A stretch of 41,792 nucleotides of DNA, taken from positions 1-41,792 of the forward strand of contig JBCCQY010000073.1 in NCBI GenBank assembly GCA_039208735.1, read 5' to 3'. This document shows positions 8,301-19,038 of the stretch, one piece after another. Source of the stretch: Myxococcota bacterium (GTDB lineage Bacteria > Myxococcota_A > UBA796 > GCA-2862545). Each line of letters begins with the position of its first letter. Position 1 is the first letter of the stretch. The notes under the pieces were generated by a model that was given only the letters and a program-made list of their open reading frames with translations, ran no database searches and had not been told where the DNA came from. A program made the position numbers and the translations under genes.

Positions 8301-11300
8301 CACCTTGGCCGGCTTGGGGGCGACCCTTGCCATCGAGGAGCCGGAGCGCTTTGCAGGCGTCATCCGCCTCGCACCCCGCCTCACGCCTGAAACGGCCACT
8401 TCCGAGCTGTTGGCCGCCATTCAAGCTGAGGACGGAGAGGATTTGGTCGTCGTGGGGCGGTCGGGCCGCTCCGTACCGCGGTTGGTGCCCGCGTTGGCGC
8501 AGAATCCTCTCCTTCCGCACCTCGACCCCGATGCACGCTACATCGTGTCCGGCGGACTGGGGGCCCTTGGTCTGCTCATCGCGAGTCAGCTCGTCGATTT
8601 GGGAGCGCGGCATCTCGTGCTCCTCACGCGCAGTGGTCCTCCATCGTCGGGCGATCATCCGGTGTCGGTAGCCCTGGCGAACCTCCGTGACCGCGGGGCT
8701 CGCATTCAGACGCCGAAAGCAGACGTGGCCGACCCAGAGGCCATGCTGCTGGCCCTCGAGATGGGGACCGGACCCATCAAGGGCGTGGTCCACGCGGCGG
8801 GCTTTGCCAGTGTGGGTCCCTTCATCGAGTTGACCGATGACGAGATGATGGGGCCCGTACGGACCAAGCTTGTGGGAGCCGAGGTGCTCGCATCCCTTAC
8901 GACCCGAGAGCCTCTCGACTTCTTTCTCTTGATCAGCTCGGTGTCTGCCATCTGGGGCAGTCAAGGAATTTCAAGCTATGGCGCAGCGAATCGCGCAATT
9001 CATGCGTTTGCGCGGCGTCGGCGCAAACAGGGGCGTCCGGCAACTGCGCTGGCGTTAGGCCCGCTTGCCCTGGGTGGCATCGCCAAGCCCGAAGATCTGG
9101 TCGAACTGGCTCGCATGGGCCTGCGTCCGATTGGCAACGAGGTACTGCTGGCCGCCATTGTGGGCGCTTTGCACCGTCAGGCCGAACCGGAGCTGATCGT
9201 CGCCGACGTGGATTGGAACACGCTCGCGCCGGTCCTCGAGGCCCGCCGTCCTCGTCCCCTCCTCGACCGCGTCCGTCCGCTCAAGGCGGCTCCTTCGGCG
9301 GCCGCCGAAGGGTGGTTGGGGCAATTGCAAGAGGCACCGGCCGAGCTTCGGCGATCGTTGCTCGTACGCCAGTTGTCGGCCTTGGTGAGTCAGGTGTTGG
9401 GATTCGATGGTCCGGTCGATCCAGGCGTCGGCTTCTTTGAGCTGGGCCTCGATTCGCTGTTGGCTGTCGACCTCGCCGATCGATTGCGGGCGACGACCGG
9501 ACTTGTGGTTCCGCCGACCGTGGCCTTTGACCATCCCACCGTGCATGCATTGGCACGACACGTCTTGGCCGAACTCGGCCTTTCGACCCACGCAGAGACC
9601 GCCGCGACGGCGCTCGTTGAAGACGAGCCCATTGCGATCGTCGGGTTCGCGTTGCGGTTTCCGGGGGCGTCCTCTCCCGAGGAGTTCTGGGCACTCTTGT
9701 CGCGAGGTGAAGACGCGGTCGGCCCCTCGCCGGCGTGGCGGTTCGGCGATGAACACCGACCTGTCGGAGGGTGGCTGGACGAGATTCGGGACTTCGACCC
9801 AGCTCGGTTTGCGATGTCGCCTTCAGAGGCGGCCGCCCTCGACCCCCAACAACGGCTGCTCCTCGAGGTTGCCACCGACGCCCTCGAACATGCAGGCCTT
9901 GCCCCAACCCGGCTCGAGGGTGCACCTGGAGCGGTATTCGTCGGTATTGGGCGTTCGGAGTATTGGTCGCGGCTTGACCCTCAGCGACCCGATGTGGAAC
10001 CCATCCACGCCTGGTCTGGAACGGGCAACGAAACCAGCTTTGCGGCTGGGCGACTGGCGTGGCATTTGGGCTGGTCAGGCCCTGCGTTGGCCGTCAACAC
10101 AGCCTGCAGCTCCTCGTTGGTGGCGGTCCACCTCGCTGCCCGGGCCTTGGCGAGGGGTGAGGCATCCATCGCTCTCGCAGGCGGCGTCCATGTACGCCTT
10201 GACGCCGATGCGGACCGCTACCTCGAACAGATCGGGGCCTTGTCGAAGTCCGGGCGGTGCCGGCCGTTCGATGCACGAGCCGACGGGTACGTTCGAGGCG
10301 AAGGGTGCGGCGTCGTTGTTCTGAAGCGCATCTCAGATGCCACCCGCGACGGGGACCGCATTTGGGGGGTGATCGCAGGTTCTGCGGTGGGTCACGATGG
10401 CCACAGCTCTGGGCTCACGGTGCCGAATGGGACGGCCCAGCAAGCAGTTTTGCGGCAGGCTCTCAGAGCGGCAGAGCTGGCGCCAGGCGACGTAGGGGTG
10501 CTCGAGGCGCATGGCACGGGGACCTCCCTTGGAGATCCCATCGAAATCGGCGCCGTCCAGTCGGTCTATACGGCTTCTCGGGGTCAGCCGCTGTTTGTGG
10601 GTTCCGTAAAAAGCCAGATTGGGCACCTTGAAACTGCGGCGGGGGTGGCCTCGCTTATCAAAATGGTGCTGGCTCTTCACCACCAACGGGTGCCGGGCAC
10701 GCTGCACCTCGAGCGCGTGAACCCTGCGCTGCCCACCGATGAGATGCTCCGCTTTCCCAAGCGACTGCAGCCTTGGCCGAAGGGAGCGCCCGCAGCTGCG
10801 GTCAGCAGCTTCGGGTTGTCAGGGACGAACGCCCATCTTGTGATCACGCCGCCCCCCAGCACGGTGGGCGACCCTCTTCCGGGTCTACCCGTTCAGCTCC
10901 TCACCCTGTCCGCGCATCACGAACAGGCGCTCGAAGAGGTCCGTCGGGATGTGCGGGCGGCCCTCAAGCACCACCCGCCGCGGGACGTCGCGTCGATGCT
11001 GACGTACGGCCGTGCAGGGGGGCGACATCGGGTGGCCGTCGTCGGCTCCGATGCAGCCGAACTTCGCCGGCGCCTCGTTCAGCCCGAATGGAAAGGTGAA
11101 GTCGACCCCGCGCGCACCCTGCGGGTGGGATTTCTCATCACGGGTCAAGGCAGTCAACGGCGGGCGATGGCCGCGGGTCTCGCAAAGTCCGACCGTCTCT
11201 TTCGGCAAACGCTGGAAGAGGCCCTTCAGGCGTTGCCGGCCGAACGCATGAGTCCCGATGATCTTCGTTCGGTCTTGCTCGAAGACGACCCTCGCATTGA

Positions 11301-14300
11301 CGACACGCGGTTCACGCAGCCCGCCTTGACCGCCTTCGCGTGGGCGCTCGCCGACCGTCTCGGGGATTGGGGCATCCGCCCTGAGGCGGTGGTGGGCCAT
11401 TCGGTCGGAGAGATTCCCGCCGCAGTGATCGCGGGCTCGCTGACCATCGGGGAGGCGTTGGGGTTGGCCTGCGCTCGGGGCGAGGCCATGGCGCAGTTGT
11501 CCGAAGGGGGTGCCATGGCGGCGGCTACGCTGCCTGTCGACGCATTGCGGGCGCTGGTTGAAGAGCGCCCTTCGTTGGCCATCGCCGCGATCAATGCGCC
11601 TGATGAGACCGTCTTCGCAGGCGCTGTGAGCGAGGTCGAAGCACTCTTGGTGACGTTGGAAGGCAAAGGTGTTCGAACGCGCCGGCTCGACGTGGCTCAC
11701 GCGTTCCACAGTGCGCTGGTGGAGCCTTCGCTGCGTGTCATCGCCGAGGCCAGCCCGACGGGGCGTGAAGCCTCGATCACCTGGATCAGCAGCACGACTG
11801 GGCGTCCCATCGCACGGCCTGATGCGAACCACTGGGTGCGACACGCCCGTTCTCCCGTCGACTTCGTTCGCGCTGTCGGTGCTCTCGCGGATCGGGTCGA
11901 CGTCATGGTCGAACTCGGTCCTACCCCCGTGCTTACCGGGTTGGCGGCCCGCATCGCCCCGAGCCACGTGACGGTGCCCGCGTTGCGGCACACAGACCAT
12001 CCCGTTTCGTCGTTGCTCGAACTGGCCGCTGAACTTTGGATTCGCGGGCAGCCGTTGCGCCCCGAGGGGTGGTTGCCCCGACGTCTCCCCATCGACCTCC
12101 CACCGACGCCATCGGTGCGCACGCGGTGTTGGGTTCCCGAACTCACCAACGGCCTGCCTTCTCCGGTCTCGGCCGTGACCTACGCCTGGGACTGGGCGGT
12201 GGTTTCCGAACCGGACCATGTGCTGGTAGGCAGGTTCGTGATTGTCACCGCGGAGCCCGATGGAACCGGGGTCGAAATCGCCGCACAACTCCGTTCGGCC
12301 AACCTCGAGGTCGTGGTGGTGGCTCCGTCTGAGCCCCTGCCACCGTGTGACCATGTGTTGCTCGTGCTGGTTGCTGATTCCACCCTGCATCAGCCCCAGG
12401 ACGCGGTGGTCGCCGGAGTGGCGTGGTTGAGGGCGCAATTGGCGGAGCGGACGCGCCCCCGGGTGTGGTGGATCACCCGAGGGGGCGTGGGCATCGGAGC
12501 CGACGACATTGTGGAGGTGTCGCAGGCTGCGGTTTGGGGTGCGGTACCCAGCATTGCCCTCGAACATCCCGCATTCGCCCATACGCTGGTCGATCTTGAC
12601 CCGGCCGATGAGGGCATCGGACTGGTGGAGGCGTTGCGAACGGGAGAGCGCCGAGTGGCGATTCGCGCAGGTGAGCCCTACCGGGTGCGATTGCGTCCGA
12701 CCGCACCCCTCGTCGCTCCGTCCCTCGACCCAGACGGCGCCTACCTCGTCACGGGTGGGGCGGGGGCGGTCGGGCGCGGGATTGTGAAGTTTCTCTTCGA
12801 CCAAGGGGTGGGGCACGTCTGGATATTCAGTCGGCGGCCACCGGAAGCCAAAGCCACGGCGGATTGGCCCGCTGACGGCTGGACGCATCTACCGGTCGAC
12901 TTGGGCGATGTAGAATCCGTTCGGGATGGCCTGACCGAAGTGCGAGCCGGTGGGCATCGTTTGGCCGGCGTCTTTCACGCGGCGGGCGCCCAACGCGATG
13001 TCCTGGTTCGTGACACGGCCACCAACGACTTCGAGGAGGCGTTTGCCGCCAAGGTACGGGGGGCTTTGGTGCTGCATCCGTTGCTCCACGACGTCGACCA
13101 CATGGTGTTTGTGTCGTCCGCGGTGGGGTGGCTGGGACTCGAGGGACAAGCTGCCTACGGTGCGGCCAATGCCGCGCTCGATGCGATTGCCGCCTCACGT
13201 CGGTCGCGAGGGCTTCCCGGCGTCAGCGTTGCCTTCGGACCCTGGAACGTGGGCATGGCTGCGGGTACCGACTTCGAGGCTCTTGGAATGCCTCCGCTCG
13301 AGACACCTTCGGCCACCCATGCCATGCACCTCGCGATGGATGGCCCGTCCAATGTGGCGGTCTTGCAGGCGGACTTCGGGGTGTTGTCGCGACGCTATCC
13401 CGATGGTGCGCCGGCGATTCTCGCCGATCTGCCCGGGGTTGAGTCTGGGCCGGTCGGGGCCAATGACGTGTCCAGCTGGGTCCGCACGTTGCGGCGGTCC
13501 AGCCCTTCGAGTCGGTCAAGCTGGCTCCAACAACAGCTTCGAGCGTTGGTGGCGGAGGTTCGTGGTGAGGAACTCCCCGACTCGTTTTCGGTGACCACCG
13601 GATTCGTCGAAGCGGGACTCGATTCGTTGATGGCGGTGGAGCTGGTCCGACGGATTTCGCGCCAAGTCGACCGTCCGCTACCTGCGACCGTCGCCTTCGA
13701 TCACCCCGACCTCGAGTCGCTGACGGCGTTCGTCCTCCGCACGCTGGAACTCGACGAACCTCCACCCGTCGTGCCGGTTGCCGCCCCGAAAGCGCCGGCG
13801 GTGCCTTCAGCCGACGAGCCCATCGCGATCGTTGGCATGGCGTGCCGATTCCCTGGCGCGTCGACGCCCGATGCCCTTTGGGACCTGCTCAAGCGGGGCG
13901 ACCAGCCGATTGTCGAGGTGCCAACGGATCGCTGGGATGTCGATGCCTGGTATGACCCCGACGCCCGAGGTGCGCTCGACCGGGCGTATGTGCGCAGCGG
14001 CGGGTTCATTTCCGACATCGATCAGTTCGACCCAGAGTTCTTTGGAATCTCGCCTCGCGAAGCTGACGCGCTGGATCCACAGCAACGGTTGTTGCTCGAA
14101 GTGGCGCACGAGGCCCTCGAGCGAGCGGGTCATGCCAACAAGCGGCTGCGCCATAGCCGCACCGGCGTCTTCGTCGGCATCGAGGATCGCCACTATCTCG
14201 AGCGCTTCACCCAGCCCGGACGCCCTCGCTACCCCGACGCGTGGGCCGGCATGGGGTCTGACGCAAGCTTTGCGGCCGGTCGGGTTGCCCACGCTCTGGG

Positions 14301-17300
14301 ACTCGAAGGGCCCGCCATCTCCGTCAACACGACGTGCAGCTCCTCGCTGGTTGCCGTGCATCTTGCACGTCAGGCGCTACTTCGGGGCGAGTGCGACCGC
14401 GCGGTAGCGGGTGGGGTCGCGCTCATGATGTTGCCCGACGACACCGCCTACTTGTGTGCAATCGGGGCACTGTCGCCCACCGAGCGGTGCCACACCTTCG
14501 ACGCGGCCGCCGATGGCTACGTCCGGTCCGAAGGCTGTGGAACCGTGGTGCTCCGGCGCCTCTCCGACGCAATGGCGGCAGGCGATCCCATCCTTGCGGT
14601 GATTGCCGGGTCGGCGGTGAACCATGACGGGCCTAGCGCGGGCCTTACCGTGCCGAACGGGGCCGCTCAGGCCGACGTCATTCGGGCGGCTCTCGCACAG
14701 GTAGCGGCGTCGCCCGGAGACCTTGGATTCATCGAGACCCACGGCACGGGCACGCCGTTGGGCGACCCGATTGAGGTCCATGCGATCCAGACGGTCCTTG
14801 GCGAACGAGGGAGCCGGCCCGACGTGGTGCTCGGCGCGGTCAAGGCTCACCTAGGGCATCTCGAACTCGCGGCCGGTGCGGCCTCGCTGATCAAGGCGGT
14901 CTTGGTCCTACAGCACCAACAGATTCCTGCTCAGCCGTTGCGTGAGTTGAACCCCGAGATCGACTCTCGAGGCATTGCGATCCCTACTCAGATGGTGCCT
15001 TGGCCTGCCAACACGCGTCTCGCGGGGGTCAGTGGTTTCGGGCTGTCGGGCACCAACGCCCACGTGTTGCTCGAACGGGGCCCCGCTGTCCGAACGCCGA
15101 CGTCCACCGCGGATCGTCCGGTGCATCTCCTCGCGTTGTCCGCGACGAGCGACGTAGCGCTGCAGGCGACGATCGACGGACTGCCCGCCGATGCGCCATT
15201 GGACGGGATTGCGCACGCCCTCCATCGGCGCGGGCCCTATCCACTGCGGGTTGCCGTGGTGGCATCCGACGTCGCCGAGGCACGAGAGGCGTTGGCGTCC
15301 GCGACGCCCCGAAGGGCCAACGCGGCCCCTGGGGTGGCGTTCCTCTTTTCGGGACAGGGCAGCCAAGTGGCGGGCGCCGCCAATGCGCTGGCGCGGGTGT
15401 GGCCGAGTTTTGACGACCACCTCATCCGTTGTGCGAAGGTGCTCGACCCACTGCTGAAACGGCCGCTGCGAGACGTGCTCGATGACCAGGCGGCATTAGG
15501 CCTCACCCAATTCACGCAGCCTGCGTTGCTCGCGGTCCAGACGGGAATGGCGTCGCTGCTCGAGCACTTTGGCGTCACCCCCACCGTCGTGTTGGGGCAC
15601 TCGCTCGGGGAGTTGACCGCAGCCACGGTGGCGGGGGTTTTCGACCTCGATGATGCCTTGCGCCTCGTCGCCAAGCGTGGCCGGTTGATGGCCGAGCAAG
15701 CTGCGGAAGGTTCGATGGCTGCGGTCTTTGCGTCGCCCGAAGCCGCGCGGCCTCACCTTGAGCCTGGGGTCGAGCTGGCCGCGGTCAATGGGCCCGAGGA
15801 GATTGCGGTGGCGGGCCCGCCCGAGCCGATGGCGCGCTCGGTCGCGGCGCTCGAAGCAGCCGGGTTTGAGGTTCGCCGTTTGAACACCTCGCGACCCTTT
15901 CACTCGGCTGCGGTCGATCCGGTGCTCGACGCCTGGACCCAGGCAGTCCATGAGGTTCCTCGACATGCGCCACGCATCGACGTTGTGAGCCTGCTGACGG
16001 GTCGCGTCGAGCGAGCGTCGCTTCAGGACGGCGACTTTTGGCGTCGCCACGCCCGTCAGCCGGTTCAGGCCCTCGAGGGCCTGCAGACGCTCGCTCAGCT
16101 GCCCGTTGGCTGGGCGGTCGATGTAGGGGGGCGACCCGTGCTGGCGGGCCTCGCCAGTCGGGTGCGGGCGCTCGATGAGGTAGGTCGGTCCTCTACGCAC
16201 GACGACGATGCGGTGCGCGGAGTCGTCCGTAGCGTGGCCGATGCTTTCATCGCAGGCGTCGACGTCGATTTTGCTGCCTGGGATGCCCCGTTTTCTCCTC
16301 CTCGAGTTTCCGTTCCGACCTACCCCTTCGCACGTCGTCGGCATTGGCTTGCAGAGCCCAAACGTGCGATCGACGAGTGGACGTACGGACTGTCCTGGAC
16401 GACGGTTGAAGCCGACGGCGAGTTGCCCCCACAGCTGACCCTCCTCGGCGAGGAAGCGTCGGGGGTGGTGGTGGGGTCCCTGCGCAAGGCAGGAGTCGCC
16501 ATTCGCACCCTCGAAGCCGAAGCGGGGACGACGCAAGGGCCGATTCTCGACCTTCGTTTTGTTGACGAGAAGCCCCTTGGCGATGTCATCGAGGCGATTT
16601 TGTCGACGTGGACGAACCGCGACGCGGAAGACCCTGACCCTTACTGGATTGTGACCACAGCCGCGTTGGCCGGTCCATCGGATCGACCTCCCGAGATGGG
16701 GGTTGTCGCCCAGGCTCACGCCATTCACAGCCTGATCGAAGCCCTCCGGGTCGAGTCACCTCGCGACATTCGGGCCATCGATGTGACGGCCCTTGACGGC
16801 GTACCCACAGCACTTCGGATGCGTGGGTCGGTGCTGGCAACCAACGGCGAGGTCGTGAAGGGCCGACGCCTCGAGCGAGTCCAATTGCCCGTTCGAGAAC
16901 CCGTCCTGCGGAGCGGATGGTGGTGGATCACCGGGGGGCTGGGGGCCCTTGGGCGCTCCGTTGCCGAGTGGCTCGCCGATCGTGGCATTCAAAGGATCGT
17001 ATTGACCGCTCGAACGCCCTTGCCCGAAGCGGAGACCTTGGCGGCGGTGGCCGATCCCGAAGCACGAGAGCGCATCGCAGGCGTGTTGGCGCTCCGAGAG
17101 CGTGGTGTGGAGGTGGTCGTTGAAGCCGTCGACGCAGCCGACGAGTCCGCAATGGCTGAACTCTGGAGTGAACGACCACCCGCGGGAATCGTGCATGTGG
17201 CGGGGGTCACGCTGCCTCAGGCGGCCGAGCACATGAGCCGCAGCGACATTGACGTCATCCTCGCAGGCAAAGCTCGTGGTGCACAGGTATTGACCCGCCT

Positions 17301-18183
17301 TGCCGCAGACCGCGAAGATCTCCCGATCCTCTTCTTTTCGTCGGTCGCCGCGACGTGGGGAAGCCGGGATCTGTCGGCGTATGCGGCAGCCAATGGCTAC
17401 CTCGATGGGCTTGCAACCTACCTTCGCCAGGCGGGTCGACCCGTCTCGAGCATCGCATGGGGCCCTTGGGGAGGCGGTGGCATGGTGGATGCTGGCCGGG
17501 CAGAGGTCCTGGGTCGAGCGGGGCTACAGTTGCTGGCGCCCGCGGAGGGACTCACCGCGCTGGGAGCCGTCCTGGCTGCGGGTCGGGCACTCACGCTGGT
17601 TGCACGTGTCCAATGGCGCACACTGCAGCCTGCGCTGTCAATGCACGGCCCACGACCCTTGTTCGACCTCATCGTGGACGAAAAAACTCGCCCCGAAGTA
17701 CCGGAGGCTCCAGATTCCTTATCGGCTTCGCCCCCTGCGGCCGCCGGGTCGCCGCCGACCGACCCTGACTTGCGGTGGTCGGCGTTGCCCGTTGCAGAAC
17801 GGGAACCGGAGGTGCGGCAGCATCTCGAGGGTGCGGTCCGCAAGGTGCTGCACCTCGAGGCGTCGCGGCCCCTGGCCCATGATGAGCCGATCGGGCGACT
17901 TGGGTTCGATTCGTTGATGGCGACCGAGCTAAAATCAAGCCTGAAGGCCGATGGACTCGAGGTGCCGCTCGGTCGACTCCTCGGTGGTCCCAGTCTTGAT
18001 GAGTTGGTGGTGATGGTGATGGCTCGATTCACACCTTCAGACTCGCTCGAAGAATCCGCTTCCTCTGTGGTAGATACGGCGAAAGATGGCCCCTCCCTGG
18101 TGTTCTGGAGTCACCTGACCGTGTTCATTTTGGGGCTTGCTATTGCGTTTGGCGTGTCCGCTTGGATTTGGGGGCCTCAATGA
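5347..18183 (+). CDS. Trimodular cis-AT type I polyketide synthase, [KS-AT-KR-ACP]x3, with C-terminal hydrophobic tail
   Basis: KS sites QTACSS, NTACSS, NTTCSS with HGTGT and GH motifs; AT GHSVG, GHSVG, GHSLG; KR GGLGALG, GGAGAVG, GGLGALG with YxAAN; ACP GLDS, GLDS, GFDS. No DH, ER or TE motifs seen. Confidence 0.96.
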   Translation: MRDDLIAIVGVGVRLPGGATDRTSTWQRFREGTDAIGPVPPGRWALEARTTSRGVAVPTDGGFLSGIDAFEPEVFGISPREATAMDPQQRLLLEVAWEAFEDAGQSPLGQARSRTGVYVGMGLVDWSRRTFGSGDTQRLDAHSGTGAFASVAAGRVSYVLGLNGPALAVQTACSSTLVAIHLAVRALREGSCDQALAGGVNLLLSPDPTTYFAELGALSPTGRCRTFDHEADGYVRSEGAGLFLLKPLSRAQADGDRILAVIHGSAINHDGRSNGLTAPSGRAQQAVIQAALADAECAPDEVVWIEAHGTGTPLGDPIEMAALQAVFHSRKRPLYVSSAKTIMGHGEAAAGVASLLRTMGVLKHRVTAPHLHFTRLNPRIQEVEGFVVPTAANPWTDGGLAGISGFGLSGTNAHLIVGPPPERAWKGATGATLLAVGAQSEPALRARWTQLRGLVQRGDAELARVGRAATLAQSAHRVRVAMVVDDAESLPETVQGVKPEADPPLVFAYTGQGSQNPGMGRALYEGFAVYREALDAVEAIHQECTGESLIEVIHGDDADRLRDTKYTQPAIVAVGYALTQWWASLGVVPDAVLGHSVGEITAALTAGVFSLEDAMGFAIARGRAMSALPEGGAMVAIRADAARVEDVIEGLGHPADLGIAAFNSSEETVVSGRESDIDTLVARLDADDIEARKLLVSHAFHSPLMQPVIEELKAYLEGLTLHPPRLDFFSALARAEREGEAEWSLASTEHWTRHILEPVHFADAVRAAAEADYDVFVEVGPKRVLAIHGGRVVPGATWLGALHPHQPDRVRVLDTVAALLRQGVHADLRQLYTDVEPADLPPYPFQRQSFWLPELAGHAREGAAVPRYRYAWERSTPNPVPALDAERWIVVGNPEGIGAMLQRQLDDIGHSASCTPALPDEAGPFQVLAFVTEPLPESEGLNQRIASQTTAMRLVLTAVRGFLADARVARLWVVRRGKANDLFAATLAGLGATLAIEEPERFAGVIRLAPRLTPETATSELLAAIQAEDGEDLVVVGRSGRSVPRLVPALAQNPLLPHLDPDARYIVSGGLGALGLLIASQLVDLGARHLVLLTRSGPPSSGDHPVSVALANLRDRGARIQTPKADVADPEAMLLALEMGTGPIKGVVHAAGFASVGPFIELTDDEMMGPVRTKLVGAEVLASLTTREPLDFFLLISSVSAIWGSQGISSYGAANRAIHAFARRRRKQGRPATALALGPLALGGIAKPEDLVELARMGLRPIGNEVLLAAIVGALHRQAEPELIVADVDWNTLAPVLEARRPRPLLDRVRPLKAAPSAAAEGWLGQLQEAPAELRRSLLVRQLSALVSQVLGFDGPVDPGVGFFELGLDSLLAVDLADRLRATTGLVVPPTVAFDHPTVHALARHVLAELGLSTHAETAATALVEDEPIAIVGFALRFPGASSPEEFWALLSRGEDAVGPSPAWRFGDEHRPVGGWLDEIRDFDPARFAMSPSEAAALDPQQRLLLEVATDALEHAGLAPTRLEGAPGAVFVGIGRSEYWSRLDPQRPDVEPIHAWSGTGNETSFAAGRLAWHLGWSGPALAVNTACSSSLVAVHLAARALARGEASIALAGGVHVRLDADADRYLEQIGALSKSGRCRPFDARADGYVRGEGCGVVVLKRISDATRDGDRIWGVIAGSAVGHDGHSSGLTVPNGTAQQAVLRQALRAAELAPGDVGVLEAHGTGTSLGDPIEIGAVQSVYTASRGQPLFVGSVKSQIGHLETAAGVASLIKMVLALHHQRVPGTLHLERVNPALPTDEMLRFPKRLQPWPKGAPAAAVSSFGLSGTNAHLVITPPPSTVGDPLPGLPVQLLTLSAHHEQALEEVRRDVRAALKHHPPRDVASMLTYGRAGGRHRVAVVGSDAAELRRRLVQPEWKGEVDPARTLRVGFLITGQGSQRRAMAAGLAKSDRLFRQTLEEALQALPAERMSPDDLRSVLLEDDPRIDDTRFTQPALTAFAWALADRLGDWGIRPEAVVGHSVGEIPAAVIAGSLTIGEALGLACARGEAMAQLSEGGAMAAATLPVDALRALVEERPSLAIAAINAPDETVFAGAVSEVEALLVTLEGKGVRTRRLDVAHAFHSALVEPSLRVIAEASPTGREASITWISSTTGRPIARPDANHWVRHARSPVDFVRAVGALADRVDVMVELGPTPVLTGLAARIAPSHVTVPALRHTDHPVSSLLELAAELWIRGQPLRPEGWLPRRLPIDLPPTPSVRTRCWVPELTNGLPSPVSAVTYAWDWAVVSEPDHVLVGRFVIVTAEPDGTGVEIAAQLRSANLEVVVVAPSEPLPPCDHVLLVLVADSTLHQPQDAVVAGVAWLRAQLAERTRPRVWWITRGGVGIGADDIVEVSQAAVWGAVPSIALEHPAFAHTLVDLDPADEGIGLVEALRTGERRVAIRAGEPYRVRLRPTAPLVAPSLDPDGAYLVTGGAGAVGRGIVKFLFDQGVGHVWIFSRRPPEAKATADWPADGWTHLPVDLGDVESVRDGLTEVRAGGHRLAGVFHAAGAQRDVLVRDTATNDFEEAFAAKVRGALVLHPLLHDVDHMVFVSSAVGWLGLEGQAAYGAANAALDAIAASRRSRGLPGVSVAFGPWNVGMAAGTDFEALGMPPLETPSATHAMHLAMDGPSNVAVLQADFGVLSRRYPDGAPAILADLPGVESGPVGANDVSSWVRTLRRSSPSSRSSWLQQQLRALVAEVRGEELPDSFSVTTGFVEAGLDSLMAVELVRRISRQVDRPLPATVAFDHPDLESLTAFVLRTLELDEPPPVVPVAAPKAPAVPSADEPIAIVGMACRFPGASTPDALWDLLKRGDQPIVEVPTDRWDVDAWYDPDARGALDRAYVRSGGFISDIDQFDPEFFGISPREADALDPQQRLLLEVAHEALERAGHANKRLRHSRTGVFVGIEDRHYLERFTQPGRPRYPDAWAGMGSDASFAAGRVAHALGLEGPAISVNTTCSSSLVAVHLARQALLRGECDRAVAGGVALMMLPDDTAYLCAIGALSPTERCHTFDAAADGYVRSEGCGTVVLRRLSDAMAAGDPILAVIAGSAVNHDGPSAGLTVPNGAAQADVIRAALAQVAASPGDLGFIETHGTGTPLGDPIEVHAIQTVLGERGSRPDVVLGAVKAHLGHLELAAGAASLIKAVLVLQHQQIPAQPLRELNPEIDSRGIAIPTQMVPWPANTRLAGVSGFGLSGTNAHVLLERGPAVRTPTSTADRPVHLLALSATSDVALQATIDGLPADAPLDGIAHALHRRGPYPLRVAVVASDVAEAREALASATPRRANAAPGVAFLFSGQGSQVAGAANALARVWPSFDDHLIRCAKVLDPLLKRPLRDVLDDQAALGLTQFTQPALLAVQTGMASLLEHFGVTPTVVLGHSLGELTAATVAGVFDLDDALRLVAKRGRLMAEQAAEGSMAAVFASPEAARPHLEPGVELAAVNGPEEIAVAGPPEPMARSVAALEAAGFEVRRLNTSRPFHSAAVDPVLDAWTQAVHEVPRHAPRIDVVSLLTGRVERASLQDGDFWRRHARQPVQALEGLQTLAQLPVGWAVDVGGRPVLAGLASRVRALDEVGRSSTHDDDAVRGVVRSVADAFIAGVDVDFAAWDAPFSPPRVSVPTYPFARRRHWLAEPKRAIDEWTYGLSWTTVEADGELPPQLTLLGEEASGVVVGSLRKAGVAIRTLEAEAGTTQGPILDLRFVDEKPLGDVIEAILSTWTNRDAEDPDPYWIVTTAALAGPSDRPPEMGVVAQAHAIHSLIEALRVESPRDIRAIDVTALDGVPTALRMRGSVLATNGEVVKGRRLERVQLPVREPVLRSGWWWITGGLGALGRSVAEWLADRGIQRIVLTARTPLPEAETLAAVADPEARERIAGVLALRERGVEVVVEAVDAADESAMAELWSERPPAGIVHVAGVTLPQAAEHMSRSDIDVILAGKARGAQVLTRLAADREDLPILFFSSVAATWGSRDLSAYAAANGYLDGLATYLRQAGRPVSSIAWGPWGGGGMVDAGRAEVLGRAGLQLLAPAEGLTALGAVLAAGRALTLVARVQWRTLQPALSMHGPRPLFDLIVDEKTRPEVPEAPDSLSASPPAAAGSPPTDPDLRWSALPVAEREPEVRQHLEGAVRKVLHLEASRPLAHDEPIGRLGFDSLMATELKSSLKADGLEVPLGRLLGGPSLDELVVMVMARFTPSDSLEESASSVVDTAKDGPSLVFWSHLTVFILGLAIAFGVSAWIWGPQ

Positions 18184-18284
18184 CGACATTCACAGTCCGT
18201 GAATCATGATTTCGCAGATCGTGAACGGCAATCTGGTCCAGGAAGGACCGAGGTCATACCGGCGTCAGCGGAGATACCGCCGGG

Positions 18285-19037
18285 ATGCCCGTTCGCTACA
18301 GCGGCAATGACTACCGTGAATTTCTACGTGCGTTGCTCAAGGACCGAGGGCTTCTCCAGCGTGACCTCGCAGAGCGAATGGACCGTTCGCCCGCCTGGGC
18401 AAGCCAGATCTTGAACGGGCGCCGGCGGCTTCAGCGTGAACTTGCCGAACGCATCGCCGATGTGTTGCTCCTCGACGATGCGGAGCGGTGGGACCTTCTG
18501 CACCTCGTTGACCTCAGCGCTTCTCCGTCTCCTGCGATCCAGCGTCGGATGCCGCCTGCCGATCCCCACGGGATGCCGCTGGACCGTTGGTACGTCGACG
18601 CGATTCGCGAACTCATGCGGTGCGAAGACGTTCAATCTGAGCCCGCCTGGATTGCCGCCGCCCTTCGGCCCCGCATCTCGGAAGAAGAAGCCCGTGAAGC
18701 CCTTCAGGCCCTTCAGGAACGCAATCTGCTCGATGACGCGCCGTCCCCTCGCCGGGGGATTCGCTCCACGGATCGGCAGGCCACCCAAGTCCTTCAGTTG
18801 GCCTTGGATTCCCTGCTATCGACTCCGCCAAACGTTCGTCGGCATCTCACGGGAAGTGTCGCGATGTCCGAAGAGACCTACCAGCAGTTTCTCACCGCAT
18901 TGCAGGCGCTCCTCACCACGCTCCTTCAATCTCCCGCTTCGACAGAGACGCCGAATCGGGTGTACCAGGTGAGCCTGGCCGTGTTCCCAGTCAGCCTCTA
19001 CACAGACTCAGCAGCACATCCGAGCGACGTCGAGTAG
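18285..19037 (+). CDS. HTH (XRE-like) plus TIGR02147/DUF4423-like protein
   Basis: N-terminal HTH (LQRDLAERMDRSPAWASQILNGRR), WYVDAIRELM...WIAAALRPRIS, C-terminal VYQVSLAVFP. Confidence 0.75.
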   Translation: MPVRYSGNDYREFLRALLKDRGLLQRDLAERMDRSPAWASQILNGRRRLQRELAERIADVLLLDDAERWDLLHLVDLSASPSPAIQRRMPPADPHGMPLDRWYVDAIRELMRCEDVQSEPAWIAAALRPRISEEEAREALQALQERNLLDDAPSPRRGIRSTDRQATQVLQLALDSLLSTPPNVRRHLTGSVAMSEETYQQFLTALQALLTTLLQSPASTETPNRVYQVSLAVFPVSLYTDSAAHPSDVE

Positions 19038-19038
19038 G

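Noticed and set aside
10885..12888. Long antisense ORFs inside the PKS (667 aa, also 7828..8964 and 15496..16728)
   Set aside because: Expected from GC3 codon bias; no recognisable motifs.
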